A DNA stretch of 64,000 bases from Dehalococcoidia bacterium (GCA_965220305.1 OZ244817.1:342035-406034), one strand, 5' to 3'. Shown: positions 18,884 through 29,321, counted from the first letter of the stretch. A program made the numbers and translations. Notes: generated by a model from the letters alone, not told the origin.

Positions 18884-20020
18884 TTATTCCATCATCTGGA
18901 AGAACTTGCCCTCGGTCTTGATGGAGGGGGCTACTATCATCTCTGCCTTGTGGAAATCGCGGATGGTGTAGGCCCCGCACATGCCCATGGATACTTTAAG
19001 CGCGCCCATGAAGTTCTGGGTGCCGTTGGTCACCGAGGTTGGGCCGTACATTATCTGTTGCAGGGGGCCCTTGGTCCCGACTTTAATGCGAGTGCCCCGA
19101 GGCAGTTCGGGGTTGGAGTTGGCCATACCCCAGTTGTACCCTCGTCCGGGGGCTTCCTCGGCTTGAGCGAAGGGCGTGCCCAGCATCACACCATCGGCTC
19201 CGCTGGCGATGGACTTGCAAATGTCGCCGCCGGTGCGTATGCCGCCATCGGTAATGACGTTTACATAACGCCCGGTACGCTGGAAGTAGTCCTCGCGGGC
19301 CGCAGCGCACTCCAGAGTGGCGGTTACCTGGGGAACACCAACGCCGGTGACCTCGCGAGTGGTGCAGGCGGCGCCCGGTCCCACTCCCACCAGGATACCG
19401 TCAATGCCAGTCTCCATAAGTTCTATTGAGACGTTGTAGCTGACGCAGTTACCCACCACCACCGGGACCTTCAAGGCCTTGACAAGTTCGGAGAAGACGA
19501 GGCCGCGATAGCTGCGCGACATGTGCCGCGCGGTGGTGACCGTCGACTGGACGAATATGATGTCAGCGCCAGCCTCCACCGCCAGAGGGCTCATGCGTTT
19601 GGTGTGCTGCGGGGTAAAGGAAACGGCGCAGGTAGCCCCGGAGCGTTTTATTTCCTGTACCCGTTCGCCAATCAGGTGCTCTTTAATGGGCTCGGAATAT
19701 ACCTGTTGCAGGTACTGAGTGACCTCTTCCTGGGACATGGAAATAATCTCTTCCAGGACCGAGTAGGGGTCTTCGTACCGGCTGTAGAGCCCCTCAGCGT
19801 TCAGAACGCCCAAGCCACCCATCTCATGCATGGCAACGGCAAACTTGGGGGAAACAGCGCCATCCATGGCCGAGGCCAACACCGGCGCGTCAAAAACCTG
19901 TCCGCCCAGGGTCATGGTCGTGGACGTCATGTCCGGGTTGATGGTTACTTCGCCGGGCATGATTGCCACTTCGTCGAATCCATAGGACCGTACCAACTCT
20001 TTAAAAAGGCGCCTGCGCAT
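18884..20020 (-). CDS. IMP dehydrogenase/GMP reductase-family protein without CBS pair (GuaB3-like)
   Basis: 378 aa. F(D/E)EVAIMPG...[14 protein letters not shown]...GLGVLN... and C-terminal [23 protein letters not shown] are TIM-barrel IMPDH-family motifs. Confidence 0.8.
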   Translation of the reverse strand: MRRRLFKELVRSYGFDEVAIMPGEVTINPDMTSTTMTLGGQVFDAPVLASAMDGAVSPKFAVAMHEMGGLGVLNAEGLYSRYEDPYSVLEEIISMSQEEVTQYLQQVYSEPIKEHLIGERVQEIKRSGATCAVSFTPQHTKRMSPLAVEAGADIIFVQSTVTTARHMSRSYRGLVFSELVKALKVPVVVGNCVSYNVSIELMETGIDGILVGVGPGAACTTREVTGVGVPQVTATLECAAAREDYFQRTGRYVNVITDGGIRTGGDICKSIASGADGVMLGTPFAQAEEAPGRGYNWGMANSNPELPRGTRIKVGTKGPLQQIMYGPTSVTNGTQNFMGALKVSMGMCGAYTIRDFHKAEMIVAPSIKTEGKFFQMME

Positions 20021-20102
20021 CTATGCCACCTCGCCTTAAAGGCCTTCGTTTAACTGCCGAGTCTAGCAGTTACCATGTTATAACGTCAACACGCTAGACA
20101 TC

Positions 20103-20120
20103 GAGAAAATTGCGAAACTC
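20103..20120. repeat. Left arm of an 18-bp perfect inverted repeat
   Basis: GAGAAAATTGCGAAACTC is the exact reverse complement of 20247..20264. Confidence 0.9.
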
Positions 20121-20246
20121 CCCGGCTGGCCTTGCTATCGCCGATGTGTGACGAATACCGTCAGACGTCGAGACCAATTCCACCCACGCTTATCGGTCAC
20201 CGAAGCATATTCGCGTTATTATTCTTCTGGCCTTTTGGTAGCTAAT

Positions 20247-20264
20247 GAGTTTCGCAATTTTCTC
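20247..20264. repeat. Right arm of an 18-bp perfect inverted repeat
   Basis: GAGTTTCGCAATTTTCTC. The two arms are separated by 126 bp, in the spacer upstream of the guaB3-like gene. Confidence 0.9.
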
Positions 20265-20370
20265 ACATCCCTGTTCTACCCGAATAAGCAGGAGTTTTGC
20301 CTTTTCAGTAGTCCCGAAAAAGGGAGGGCCGGGATAAATCCCCCCGGGTACAGACCCGGAGACCCCGGCG

Positions 20371-21774
20371 CTAATGTACCCGGCGGTCTATCACACGGCG
20401 GGCCTTGAACTGCGTCCGCTCGAACTCGCCGAAGGGCTTTAACTCTACCGACAAGCTCACCCCTAAGGCCCGCCTCAACCGACCCGCAAACTCCTCTTCC
20501 AACCGTTGCAGGTAGCCCGGGCCCTGTTCCGCTGCGGCATAAATTTCCGGCTTCACTTCCGTTTGGACCGTTAACCGGTCCAATTGCCCCCGTTCCCGCT
20601 CCAAGACCAGCCGGAACTCGCCCCCGAACTCGGGCGTTCCCCGCAGAATATCCTCGATGTGGGAGGGAAAGACGTTCTGGCCCCGCACGATGATCATGTC
20701 ATCGGCGCGTCCGTAGATTCCCCTGGGCAGGGTAGGATAGGTGCGTCCGCAGGGGCAGTCCAGCATCTCCCACCTGGTTATATCCCCAGACCAATACCGT
20801 ATCATTGGCTGGGAAGTACGCTCCAAGTGGGTGTACACCGGCACACCCTCAGCGCCCAGGGAGAGGGCCTGTCGGGAATGGGGGTCAACGAGCTCGGTAT
20901 ATACAATGTCCTGCCATAGATGCATCCCCCCCGCCAAGTGCCGGCAGCCGGAATTGCTCATCCACGGAGTCATCTCGGCCATCGAACCCTGGTCTACGAC
21001 GTAACAGCCGAAGGATTCCTCTATGGCAGACCGGGTAGCGGGCACGCTGGCGCCGGGTTCTCCAGAGAAGAACATGAACCGGAACCCGAAGTCATCCAGG
21101 GGCTCGTACCCCAGGCTTCGCGCCGTTTCCGCCAGGTAGAGGGCGTAAGACGGAGTGGCGTATAGGGCCGTGGGCTTCACCATAGCTATCCACTCCACCG
21201 CTCGTTCCGTCTGTCCCGGGGCCCCGGCCCCGAAGGGAAAGCAGGCAGCTCCCAGCCGTTCCGCCCCAACCAATGCCCCCCAACTGCCGATGTAGAGGCT
21301 GAAAACGGCGGCCACCATCACCCGGTCGTCAGGCCTTAACCCCGCGCCCCAAAGTACGCGGGCGTGGGCCTCGGCGATGCGCTCCCAGTCTTGGCGACCG
21401 ATCCCGAACACGGTGGGTCTGCCCGTGGTGCCGGAAGTCCCGTGCAGGCGAAAGACCTGCGACTCGGGGATGCAGAGGAAGCGGCCATAGGGCGGGTATG
21501 CCTCCTGCTCCTCCCGAATTTCTTCCTTGGTGAGAATGGGTAGCTGGGCAAACTCTTCCAGGCTCCGAATGTTGGAAGGGTCAACCGGCGCGTCCCGGTA
21601 GAACTCCTGGTAGAAACCGGAATGGGTGTGGGCGTACCGGACCTGCTGCTGCAATTTCCGCAGAATCAACTGGTCTCTTTCGGCTGCGGGCATGGTCTCC
21701 ATTCGAGGGTCCCAGTACTCGCTATCCGGTGGCGGGCTGTAGGCCTGGTCGTATTGGGGGGGCCACTGTATCAC
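20371..21774 (-). CDS. Phenylacetate-CoA-ligase-family (PaaK / F390-synthetase-like) adenylating enzyme
   Basis: 467 aa. LHGTSGTTGRPTVF (P-loop-like A3 motif), ..YATPSYALYLAE.. and ..GRADDMIIVRGQNVFPSHIE.. are typical of the PaaK family. Confidence 0.8.
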   Translation of the reverse strand: MIQWPPQYDQAYSPPPDSEYWDPRMETMPAAERDQLILRKLQQQVRYAHTHSGFYQEFYRDAPVDPSNIRSLEEFAQLPILTKEEIREEQEAYPPYGRFLCIPESQVFRLHGTSGTTGRPTVFGIGRQDWERIAEAHARVLWGAGLRPDDRVMVAAVFSLYIGSWGALVGAERLGAACFPFGAGAPGQTERAVEWIAMVKPTALYATPSYALYLAETARSLGYEPLDDFGFRFMFFSGEPGASVPATRSAIEESFGCYVVDQGSMAEMTPWMSNSGCRHLAGGMHLWQDIVYTELVDPHSRQALSLGAEGVPVYTHLERTSQPMIRYWSGDITRWEMLDCPCGRTYPTLPRGIYGRADDMIIVRGQNVFPSHIEDILRGTPEFGGEFRLVLERERGQLDRLTVQTEVKPEIYAAAEQGPGYLQRLEEEFAGRLRRALGVSLSVELKPFGEFERTQFKARRVIDRRVH

Positions 21775-21780
21775 CCCTCG

Positions 21781-22233
21781 CTACCTCCCTTCCCACCTGA
21801 TGTTGGCTCGTATAAATTCAATCATCGTCTCGGAAAAGGCGCCCACAGGAAACACCTGGTCCACCCCCAGCTCCTTGAGGGCCGCTATATCCTGATCGGG
21901 AATTGTGCCGCCCACCAGCAACAGGGACTTTCCCAGAAGGCCCTGCGCATCCAGGGCCTCCGTTAGCCGGGGCACCAGGCGCAGATGGGCGCCGGACAGG
22001 ATGCTCACCCCAATCACGTCGGCATCCTCCTGGTTGGCCGCCAGGGCCACCTGGTTGGGAGTGAGCCGCATACCCAGGTAGACTACCTCCATTCCAGCGT
22101 CTCTTAGGGCGCGGGCGATGACCTTGACACCCCGGTCGTGGCCGTCCAGCCCGATTTTGGCGAGTACAACTTTGGGTGGAGTTGAAGGTTGCGCGCCGAC
22201 CAACTTAGAATACCCCTGGGTCAATATACTCAC
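21781..22233 (-). CDS. Methylmalonyl-CoA-mutase-family B12-binding small subunit
   Basis: [34 protein letters not shown] contains the DxHxxG cobalamin-binding motif. It overlaps the large-subunit gene by 29 nt. Confidence 0.85.
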   Translation of the reverse strand: MSILTQGYSKLVGAQPSTPPKVVLAKIGLDGHDRGVKVIARALRDAGMEVVYLGMRLTPNQVALAANQEDADVIGVSILSGAHLRLVPRLTEALDAQGLLGKSLLLVGGTIPDQDIAALKELGVDQVFPVGAFSETMIEFIRANIRWEGR

Positions 22234-23839
22234 CGTAGAGGTCCCTGAAGGAGCTGATGATTTCGCCTTCGGTAACGCCGGCTTCCACGGCTTCCAGGAC
22301 CTCCGGCATCAGGTTGCTACCCCGTTGGGCCGTCTCTCGAAGCCCCTTCAACGCCTTGGAAACTTGGCTGTTACTGCGGCTTGCCCTAATTTGGGACAAG
22401 CGGCTTAGCTGCTTGTCCTCTTCCTCTGGATCAAACTGGAACACTTCCAGGGGCTGCGTCACCTCAGACAGGTAATCGTTCACCCCCACAATTACATAAT
22501 CTTTGTTTTCGATTCGCCTCTGGTGCTCGTAGGCAGTCGCGGATATTTCCCGCTCAATGTACCCGCTGTGGATAGCTTCGAGGACGCCCCGGAGGGCCGA
22601 CCCGTTGCCCAGGGCTTCAATTTTCTCAATGTATTCCCCGGCGCCCTCTTCGATGCGGCAAGTCAACGATTCCAGGAACATGGAGCCTCCCAGAGGGTCC
22701 ACGGTGTTGGTTACGCCGCTTTCGTGGGCCAGGATAAGCTGGGTAGCCAGGGACATTCGCATGGCCTCTTCCGAGGGAATGTCGTAGGCCTCGTCGTAAC
22801 CGCTGACGTGGAGTGATTGGGTCCCGCCCAGCACAGCGGCAAGGGCCTGCAGGCCGCCCCGCACGATGTTGTTGAGAGGGTCCTGCCGGACCAGGGTGGA
22901 GCCCAGGGTTTGGGTGTGGAACCGGAGGCGCATCGACTCCGGCTTCTGCGCCCCGTAACGGTCCTTCATCAAACGGGCCCACATCCTCCTGGCGGCCCGG
23001 AACTTGGCAATCTCCTCAAAGAAGTCATTGTGGCAACCAAAAAAGAAGGACAAACGGGGGGCAAAGCTGTCCACCGGCATCCCCCTTTCCATCGCCGACT
23101 CCACGTAGGCCATTCCCTGGGCTATGGTGAAGGCCAACTCCTGGGTTGCGTCGGAGCCTGCCTCCCTGGTGTGGTAGCCGGAAATGGAGATGGTGTACCA
23201 GTTGGGCGCGTGTTTGGTGCAGAACTCCACCACGTCGGTGGTGAGCCGCAGGGCAGGCTCTGGGGGGAGGGCAAAAGTCTTCTGGCCGTGAAATTCCTTC
23301 AGCGAATCGTTCTGGACGGTGCCCCGCAGCTTATCCCAGGGGATGCCGCGACGCCGCGCCACTGATAGGAACATGCCCAAGAGCACAATGGCAGGGTGGT
23401 TGATGGTGAGGGATACGCTGACCCTGTCGAGAGGAATTCCCCGGAATAGGTCATCCATATCTTCAACTGAGTCGATGGCTACCCCTAAACGGCCTACCTC
23501 ACCCTCGGCCAAGTCGTGGTCAGAGTCGTAGCCGGTCAAAGTTGGGTGGTCGAAATCGGTGCTGAGACCCGACTGGCCGTGCTCCAAGAGAAACCGGTAA
23601 CGCTGGTTGGTAGACTGCGCCGTGCCAAACCCGGCTATCTGCCTGCGGGTCCAGAGACGCTCGCGGTACATGGTGGGGTAAGCGCCCCGAGTAAAGGGAA
23701 ATTTCCCGGGTTCGCCCAGGTCTCTTTGGTAGTCCAGGTCGGCGATGTGCTCGGGAGTATAAAGCCGGTGCACACTCTGGCCTGAGAGTGTCTTGAAGAC
23801 CTTATCCGGTCCATTCCCGTCCCCGTGGGATTCAGGCAT
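22205..23839 (-). CDS. Methylmalonyl-CoA-mutase-family large (catalytic) subunit
   Basis: 544 aa. [24 protein letters not shown].., ..[10 protein letters not shown].. and ..[16 protein letters not shown] are acyl-CoA mutase signatures. Confidence 0.9.
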   Translation of the reverse strand: MPESHGDGNGPDKVFKTLSGQSVHRLYTPEHIADLDYQRDLGEPGKFPFTRGAYPTMYRERLWTRRQIAGFGTAQSTNQRYRFLLEHGQSGLSTDFDHPTLTGYDSDHDLAEGEVGRLGVAIDSVEDMDDLFRGIPLDRVSVSLTINHPAIVLLGMFLSVARRRGIPWDKLRGTVQNDSLKEFHGQKTFALPPEPALRLTTDVVEFCTKHAPNWYTISISGYHTREAGSDATQELAFTIAQGMAYVESAMERGMPVDSFAPRLSFFFGCHNDFFEEIAKFRAARRMWARLMKDRYGAQKPESMRLRFHTQTLGSTLVRQDPLNNIVRGGLQALAAVLGGTQSLHVSGYDEAYDIPSEEAMRMSLATQLILAHESGVTNTVDPLGGSMFLESLTCRIEEGAGEYIEKIEALGNGSALRGVLEAIHSGYIEREISATAYEHQRRIENKDYVIVGVNDYLSEVTQPLEVFQFDPEEEDKQLSRLSQIRASRSNSQVSKALKGLRETAQRGSNLMPEVLEAVEAGVTEGEIISSFRDLYGEYIDPGVF

Positions 23840-24040
23840 GTCCTCTTCCTCCCAAGTAATGAGCTAAGCCCAGACAACAGCCAAACCGGGCGTAGTGTAG
23901 CGTCGCGAGAGTTCTCTGATCCCAAGACGCCCCCTCTGGGCCTCGCTGTGACCCCAATGTACTGGGGAAAGCGTACATAGAGGGCAAGCCCACCGTCAAC
24001 TACCAGTCCCTAGTCCGCAGTCGGTGTCTTGTGAAGAAAG

Positions 24041-24116
24041 TGGCGCGCTTGGCGGGATTCGAACCCACGACCTCTGCCTCCGCAGGGCAGCGCTCTCTCC
24101 GCTGAGCTACAAGCGC
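24041..24116 (-). tRNA. tRNA-Arg (anticodon GCG), CCA encoded
   Basis: 76 nt. Acceptor GCGCTTG/CAAGCGC; anticodon stem CTGCC/GGCAG with loop CUGCGGA; T arm GTGGG-TTCGAAT-CCCGC; A20 and discriminator G are consistent with Arg identity. Confidence 0.85.
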
Positions 24117-24191
24117 CGGTTGACCTTTTACCCGATGTGGTTCCCAGTATGGATGCCCCTAATCGGCCTCGAACTTCTGGGAAACCTGGTC

Positions 24192-24277
24192 TGGTGCCGA
24201 GGGAGGGATTTGAACCCACACGTCCTAATGGACACTGCGCCCTGAACGCAGCGCGTCTGCCGTTTCGCCACCTCGGC
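24192..24277 (-). tRNA. tRNA-Leu (anticodon CAG), long variable arm, CCA encoded
   Basis: 86 nt. Anticodon stem CTGCG/CGCAG with loop UUCAGGG; long extra arm TGTCCATTAGGACGT; T arm TGGG-TTCAAAT-CCCT region. Confidence 0.9.
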
Positions 24278-24316
24278 TAACTGGAAGCCACGACCCACAT
24301 CTACCGGGGGACCGTA

Positions 24317-24392
24317 TGGTGGGCGATGGAGGATTTGAACCTCCGACCTCCTCGGTGTGAACGAGGCGCTCTAACCGCTGAGCTAACCGCCC
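24317..24392 (-). tRNA. tRNA-Val (anticodon CAC), CCA encoded
   Basis: 76 nt. GGGCGGT.../...ATCGCCC acceptor; anticodon stem CCTCG/CGAGG with loop UUCACAC; T arm GGAGG-TTCAAAT-CCTCC. Confidence 0.9.
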
Positions 24393-24811
24393 CATCTGGG
24401 CCAAGAACAATTATAGGGAGGCGGCCCCGGCAAAGCAACCCTGCCGTGGCAGCCTCCAGGGCCTTCCGATTGTTGCTAGTGTGCTCTCCCCGCTCATTCT
24501 GAGCTTGTCGAAGGGCTGGCGCATACCGCCTCGGTCTAGCTGGCAAGCCCGCTATCCCCACCGTCATTCCGGCCCACGCCAGAATTTCCCCGGCATTGCG
24601 AAGACCAGGTAAGAGGATGAAAATACCCTATTTTCATGGGGACGACAGTTGGGATGGTCGCCAACCCATCTGGGCTAACTTGCCTCGACCTGGAAGGTCG
24701 AAGGCCCTCACCGGCCGGCAGCAGGAGCGCCGAAATGCTGCTATGGGCCTAATCTACCTCGTAGAGCCGGGCCTATAATGAAACGACCGAGGAAGCGGGA
24801 GTGGAGGAAGT

Positions 24812-25738
24812 ATGTCCCATTTGCACCGGATTGACGGCACGGCCAGCCCTGCGGCTCCCTTTGACTTTGCCAAGACGCTGGACTTTCTGCGCCGGTTCCC
24901 GCCGACCTTCGGGCTGAATATGGTTGTCGGCAATTGCGTCCACAAGGCCCAACGGATAAACGGACGGACAGTGCTTATCCGCATTTCTGCGAGGGGCACG
25001 GTCCAACAACCTTTTCTGCACTACACCGTAGATTTACATAAGGCCCAAGACCTAGCTGAAGCTGAGAAGGAGGCTATAGAGTGGCTCCGCTTCTTCCTCG
25101 GCTGGGACGACGACCTGCACGAGTTCTATGAATTGGCCCAGCACGACACCTACTTTGCACCCATTGCCCGTGCGCTCTATGGGTACCACCACGTGAAGTT
25201 TCCCAGCCCCTTTGAGGCGGCGGTCTGGGCCATCGTCAGCCAGCGTAACCAGGCAACCGTAGCCAGAGGAATGTACCAGGCCCTGTTAAAGAGTTTGGGC
25301 CACCGAATCTCGCGGAATGGCTTGGATTACTGGGCCTTTCCGGAAGCCCAGGAAGTGGCCCCGCTGGAAGCATCCGACTTGCCCACCAGCCTACGTACCA
25401 TGCGACGTGGGGAGTACATACTGGATGCCGCCCGGGCTTTTGCCACTGCTAACCCCGCATTTTTGCGTTCCGGGCCGGTCAACGCTGTGGAAGACTGGCT
25501 CCGAGGGATAAGGGGCATTGGCCCTTGGTCGGCGCGCTTCATCCTTCTTCGCGCCTTGGGCCGCAGCTACGTACATCCAGAGGACGATCGGTTCGTGATA
25601 GATGCTGCCTCTTTGGTCTACGGAGAGGGGCGAAGTCTGACGCCATTGGAAGTTGGCCGACTTGCCGATGCCTACGGAGCGTGGAAGGGCTACTGGGCCC
25701 ATTACCTGTGGCTGGCAGTCCGCTCCCAGACCGAGTAA
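24812..25738 (+). CDS. HhH-GPD DNA glycosylase (AlkA-like 3-methyladenine glycosylase II)
   Basis: ..PFEAAVWAIVSQRNQATVARGMYQAL.. and the helix-hairpin-helix ..LRGIRGIGPWSARFILLRALGR..HPEDD.. are present. Confidence 0.7.
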   Translation: MSHLHRIDGTASPAAPFDFAKTLDFLRRFPPTFGLNMVVGNCVHKAQRINGRTVLIRISARGTVQQPFLHYTVDLHKAQDLAEAEKEAIEWLRFFLGWDDDLHEFYELAQHDTYFAPIARALYGYHHVKFPSPFEAAVWAIVSQRNQATVARGMYQALLKSLGHRISRNGLDYWAFPEAQEVAPLEASDLPTSLRTMRRGEYILDAARAFATANPAFLRSGPVNAVEDWLRGIRGIGPWSARFILLRALGRSYVHPEDDRFVIDAASLVYGEGRSLTPLEVGRLADAYGAWKGYWAHYLWLAVRSQTE

Positions 25739-25904
25739 CCGAGGTAACTACGCTGCTGCGCTGGCTGGACGAACTGGCGCTGGCCTTGGCCCACTCCTAT
25801 GGGGGGCGAAAAGGCCCCAAATCCGTTATGTAAACACGTTTTTCCCTGGTGGTCTAACATAACGTACCTTGTGCGAACCACCGTATAAAGCATTTTGGGG
25901 CAGG

Positions 25905-27020
25905 CTAACCAGCGGCGGCGTTGGTGCGGGAGACCATCATCGGCCCCTCAATCTCCACCAATCGCTCCTCCACTTCTTCCAACAGGGTTTCCAGGTTCCA
26001 CTTCTTGGCCGCCGAGACGTAAACGCTGGGATAGGTGTCGATGCCCGGGGCGGAAGCAGTGCGGTCCACGGTATCTTCCGTAAGTAGGTCCATCTTGTTG
26101 ATAACCAGCAAGCGAGGTTTCTTATCCAGCCCCAGGTCTTTGAGGGTGTCTTCCACCACCTCAGCCTGTTCTGGAGCTTTGGAGTGGGTGATGTCTACTA
26201 CGTGGAGCAGCAGGTCAGATTCCGACAACTCTTCCAGAGTGGCCCTAAAGGCGGCGACCACCATGGGAGACAATTTTTGGATGAATCCCACCGTATCGGT
26301 CAGAAGGAGTTCCCCGCCCGACGGCAGGTGAATCCGCCGAGTGACCGGGTCCAAAGTTGAGAATAGCTGGTCCTGGGCATCAACCCGGGCGTCGCTCAGG
26401 GCGTTGAATAGGGTGCTTTTTCCGGCGTTGGTGTAACCAACCAGGGTGGCCATGGGGACACTGGCCTTACGGCGACGGTCCATGTAAAGGGTGCGGCGTT
26501 GGCGGACAGCCTCAAGCTCGTCCTGGATTTTCTGGATGCGCCGCCTAATCAGCCGGCGGTCTGTCTCCAACTGAGTCTCCCCTGGGCCGCGGGTGCCGAT
26601 ACCGCCCCCCAGGCGCTCCAAGTGGGACCACTGTCCGACCAAACGGGGAAGCAGGTATTGGTGTTGGGCCAATTCGACCTGTAGCTTACCCTCGTGAGTC
26701 CGGGCGTGGCGACCGAAAACGTCCAATATGAGTGCGGTGCGGTCGATTACTTTGACCTGCAACGCCCCTTCCAGGTTACGCTGCTGCGTCGGGGTCAACT
26801 CGTCGTCGAAGATAACCACTTCCGCGTCACGGTCGGTGATCATCCCCTGGACTTCCTCCAGCTTTCCCTTACCCACGTAGGTGGTGGTCAGCCGGTCCGC
26901 CCGCTGGGTGACCTCTCCCACCACCTCTGCGCCGGCGGTGTCGGCCAGGTAGGCCAACTCGGCCATAGAATCATCCAACTCCCACAAACGGGAGCGCCTC
27001 TTTACCTCCACGCCAACCAA
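25905..27020 (-). CDS. hflX: GTPase HflX (5' end uncertain, may extend to ~27068)
   Basis: HflX N-domain (..LVGV...ELAYLADTAGAEVV..) and G-domain motifs GYTNAGKSTLFNAL, DTVGF and NKMD. The listed start is a TTG. Confidence 0.9.
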   Translation of the reverse strand: MVGVEVKRRSRLWELDDSMAELAYLADTAGAEVVGEVTQRADRLTTTYVGKGKLEEVQGMITDRDAEVVIFDDELTPTQQRNLEGALQVKVIDRTALILDVFGRHARTHEGKLQVELAQHQYLLPRLVGQWSHLERLGGGIGTRGPGETQLETDRRLIRRRIQKIQDELEAVRQRRTLYMDRRRKASVPMATLVGYTNAGKSTLFNALSDARVDAQDQLFSTLDPVTRRIHLPSGGELLLTDTVGFIQKLSPMVVAAFRATLEELSESDLLLHVVDITHSKAPEQAEVVEDTLKDLGLDKKPRLLVINKMDLLTEDTVDRTASAPGIDTYPSVYVSAAKKWNLETLLEEVEERLVEIEGPMMVSRTNAAAG

Positions 27021-27092
27021 CAGGGCCTTTTCGGGTTCGAGACCAGTGGAAACAGCTTTCTTTGGTATGGTTCGGTCCTCCTTTCGAGAAGT

Positions 27093-28262
27093 CTAGGGGG
27101 TGGGTATGGTCCAGTTCTCCAACCGCTGGCAACCCTTTTCGACCTGGCTGTCCGGCGTGGTCAGCGAGAGCCGGATGTACCCCTCGCCGTACTGGCCGTA
27201 GCTGGAGCCCGGAGTAACTACGATGTCGGTCTCTTCCAACAACCTGGCGGCGAATTCTGCTGAGGTGAACCCCTGGGGGATACCCGCCCAGACGTAGAGG
27301 CTGGCCCGGGGCACTTCAACCTGGAGTCCCATCTTGGTCACGGCTTGGATTACGCGGTCGCGCCGCCACTGGTAAATGGCGTTATTGTCGTCGATGTAAG
27401 ACTGAGTGCCGGTAAGGGCTTCAATCGCCATTTGCTGGATGGCCTGGGGTATGCCCGAGTCGAGATTGGCCTTAATCTGGAAAAGGGCCTTGATCATATC
27501 CGCGTTGCCCACGGCCATACCGATGCGCCACCCGGTCATGTTATAGCTCTTGGACAAGGAGTGAAACTCCAGGCCCACCTCTCTGGCCCCATCCACCTCC
27601 AGAAAACTGGACGCGCGGTAGCCATCGTAACCCACTTCGCTGTAGGCGGCATCATGCAGCAACGCAATGTCGTGCTCGCGGCAAAATGCGATGGCCGAGG
27701 CAAAGTCCTCGGCGTTGGCCACGGCGCTGGTAGGATTGTTTGGGTAGTTGAGCCACAGCACCTTGGCGGCGCGGGCCACTTCGGTAGGTATGCCATCTAG
27801 CTCGGGCAGCCAACCATTCTCTTCCCGTAGGGGCATGACATGGCTTTCAGCGCCGGCGAACATGGTGCCCACGCCGTAGACGGGATAAGCGGGGTCTGGC
27901 ACCAGAGCGACGTCGCCGGGATCCAGGAAGCAGAAGGCGGCATGGCCGATGCCCTCCTTGGCTCCAATCAGGGGCAACACCTCGGTATCCGGGTCCAGGA
28001 CCACACCGAAGCGGCCCTCGTACCACTGGGCGATGGCGCGGCGCAACTCGGGCAAACCGTCGGTCTCCGGATAGCGGTGGTTGGGCGGGTCCTGGGAAGC
28101 CTCCAGGAGCCGGTCGATTATTGGTTGGGGGGTAGGTATGTCCGGGTCCCCAATGCCGAAGGTCACCACATCGGCCCCGGCGGCCCGCTTCTCGGAAATA
28201 ATCCTGGAGATTTCCACGAATGGGTAAGGGGCCAGCTTGCCCAGTCTTGCTGATAATTGCAC
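27093..28262 (-). CDS. dapL: Class I/II aminotransferase, LL-diaminopimelate aminotransferase-like
   Basis: 389 aa. ..FGIGDPDIPTP.., ..NYPNNPT.. and the PLP-lysine motif SLSKSYNMTGWRIG are present. It is adjacent to dapF. The symbol is tentative. Confidence 0.7.
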   Translation of the reverse strand: MQLSARLGKLAPYPFVEISRIISEKRAAGADVVTFGIGDPDIPTPQPIIDRLLEASQDPPNHRYPETDGLPELRRAIAQWYEGRFGVVLDPDTEVLPLIGAKEGIGHAAFCFLDPGDVALVPDPAYPVYGVGTMFAGAESHVMPLREENGWLPELDGIPTEVARAAKVLWLNYPNNPTSAVANAEDFASAIAFCREHDIALLHDAAYSEVGYDGYRASSFLEVDGAREVGLEFHSLSKSYNMTGWRIGMAVGNADMIKALFQIKANLDSGIPQAIQQMAIEALTGTQSYIDDNNAIYQWRRDRVIQAVTKMGLQVEVPRASLYVWAGIPQGFTSAEFAARLLEETDIVVTPGSSYGQYGEGYIRLSLTTPDSQVEKGCQRLENWTIPTP

Positions 28263-28446
28263 TCTTTCCCTCCCGGGGATATTTGTATTGAGTAGTCACT
28301 GGAGCCGATTGCGGCAAGGGCAGTGCCCCCTGGCATCTAGGTCTGGAAACCCGCTCGACAGCCCACTAATCGCGTCGCTGCTTGGTTTCGGGGAGCCCCA
28401 AGGGGCCAGGAAAAAGACGGCGTTTTGGGGCCTGTAGTCACACCGT

Positions 28447-29295
28447 CTACCACTCGCCGGTAAATACCTCTGCCGCCGGGCCTTCCATGAACACCTCGCC
28501 CTCCCCGTCCCACTCGACCGTCAGAGTACCGCCAGGCAGTGTTATGTCAACCTTGTCCCCGGTGTGCCCCAGCAGACGGCAGGCTACCGCGATGCCGCAA
28601 GCCCCGGTACCGCAGGCCATGGTCTCCCCCGAACCCCGCTCCCAGACGCGGGCGGTCAGGTGGCCTTCATCGACAACGTTCACAATCTCGAAGTTAGTCT
28701 TTCGGGGAAACATGGGATGGCGCTCCACCAGCGGCCCGATGTTGCGAAGAGGGAACTCCCCAACCGGCTGGTCCAAAACGGTGACAGCGTGAGGGTTGCC
28801 CATCGATACCATTGTCAGGTAGAGCCGGAAATCTCCGGGTTGGATAGCGTACTTGATGATCGGCCCCCTGGACTTAACCATAGCCGGATCCAAGAGAACT
28901 GGAATGTCGGCGGCAGCAAATCGGGGAACGCCCATAGCAACCCGAGCGCCAGAGACCGAGTCCCCACTGTATTTGGGAATCACTGTGCGAATTCCCGCCA
29001 GGGTATCCACCGTCATCCCCGCTTCGGGCCGGTCCACGATGCCACGCTCAATAGCATACTTGGCAAAACAGCGGATACCGTTTCCACACATCTCTCCTTC
29101 TGAACCATCGGCGTTGAACATCTGCATCTTGAGGTCAGCAACATCGGAGTTCTGGATGAGAATAAGCCCATCGCTGCCGATCCCAAAATGACGATCGCTC
29201 ATTTCCCGGCATAGGACGGGCCAGTCTTCATCCATGTCCCGGGCATCGATATAGATGTAATCGTTGCCAGCGCCATGCATTTTAGTGAATTTCAT
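28447..29295 (-). CDS. dapF: Diaminopimelate epimerase
   Basis: MKFTKMHGAGNDYIYID... plus the two catalytic-Cys motifs (..GSEGEMCGNGIRC.. and ..GSGETMACGTGACG..). Confidence 0.9.
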   Translation of the reverse strand: MKFTKMHGAGNDYIYIDARDMDEDWPVLCREMSDRHFGIGSDGLILIQNSDVADLKMQMFNADGSEGEMCGNGIRCFAKYAIERGIVDRPEAGMTVDTLAGIRTVIPKYSGDSVSGARVAMGVPRFAAADIPVLLDPAMVKSRGPIIKYAIQPGDFRLYLTMVSMGNPHAVTVLDQPVGEFPLRNIGPLVERHPMFPRKTNFEIVNVVDEGHLTARVWERGSGETMACGTGACGIAVACRLLGHTGDKVDITLPGGTLTVEWDGEGEVFMEGPAAEVFTGEW

Positions 29296-29321
29296 CTGTG
29301 ACCCTCCTGGCTCATTGCGGC

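Noticed and set aside
24440-24600. The motifs CATTCTGAGCTTGTCGAAGGGC and GTCATTCCGGCCCACGCCAGAATTTCC upstream of the tRNA cluster resemble the widespread REP-like 'cattctgagc/gtcattcc' repeats of GC-rich bacteria.
   Set aside because: Each occurs only once in this window, so no repeat family can be supported from the data given. The overlapping ORF 24301..24567 is spurious.
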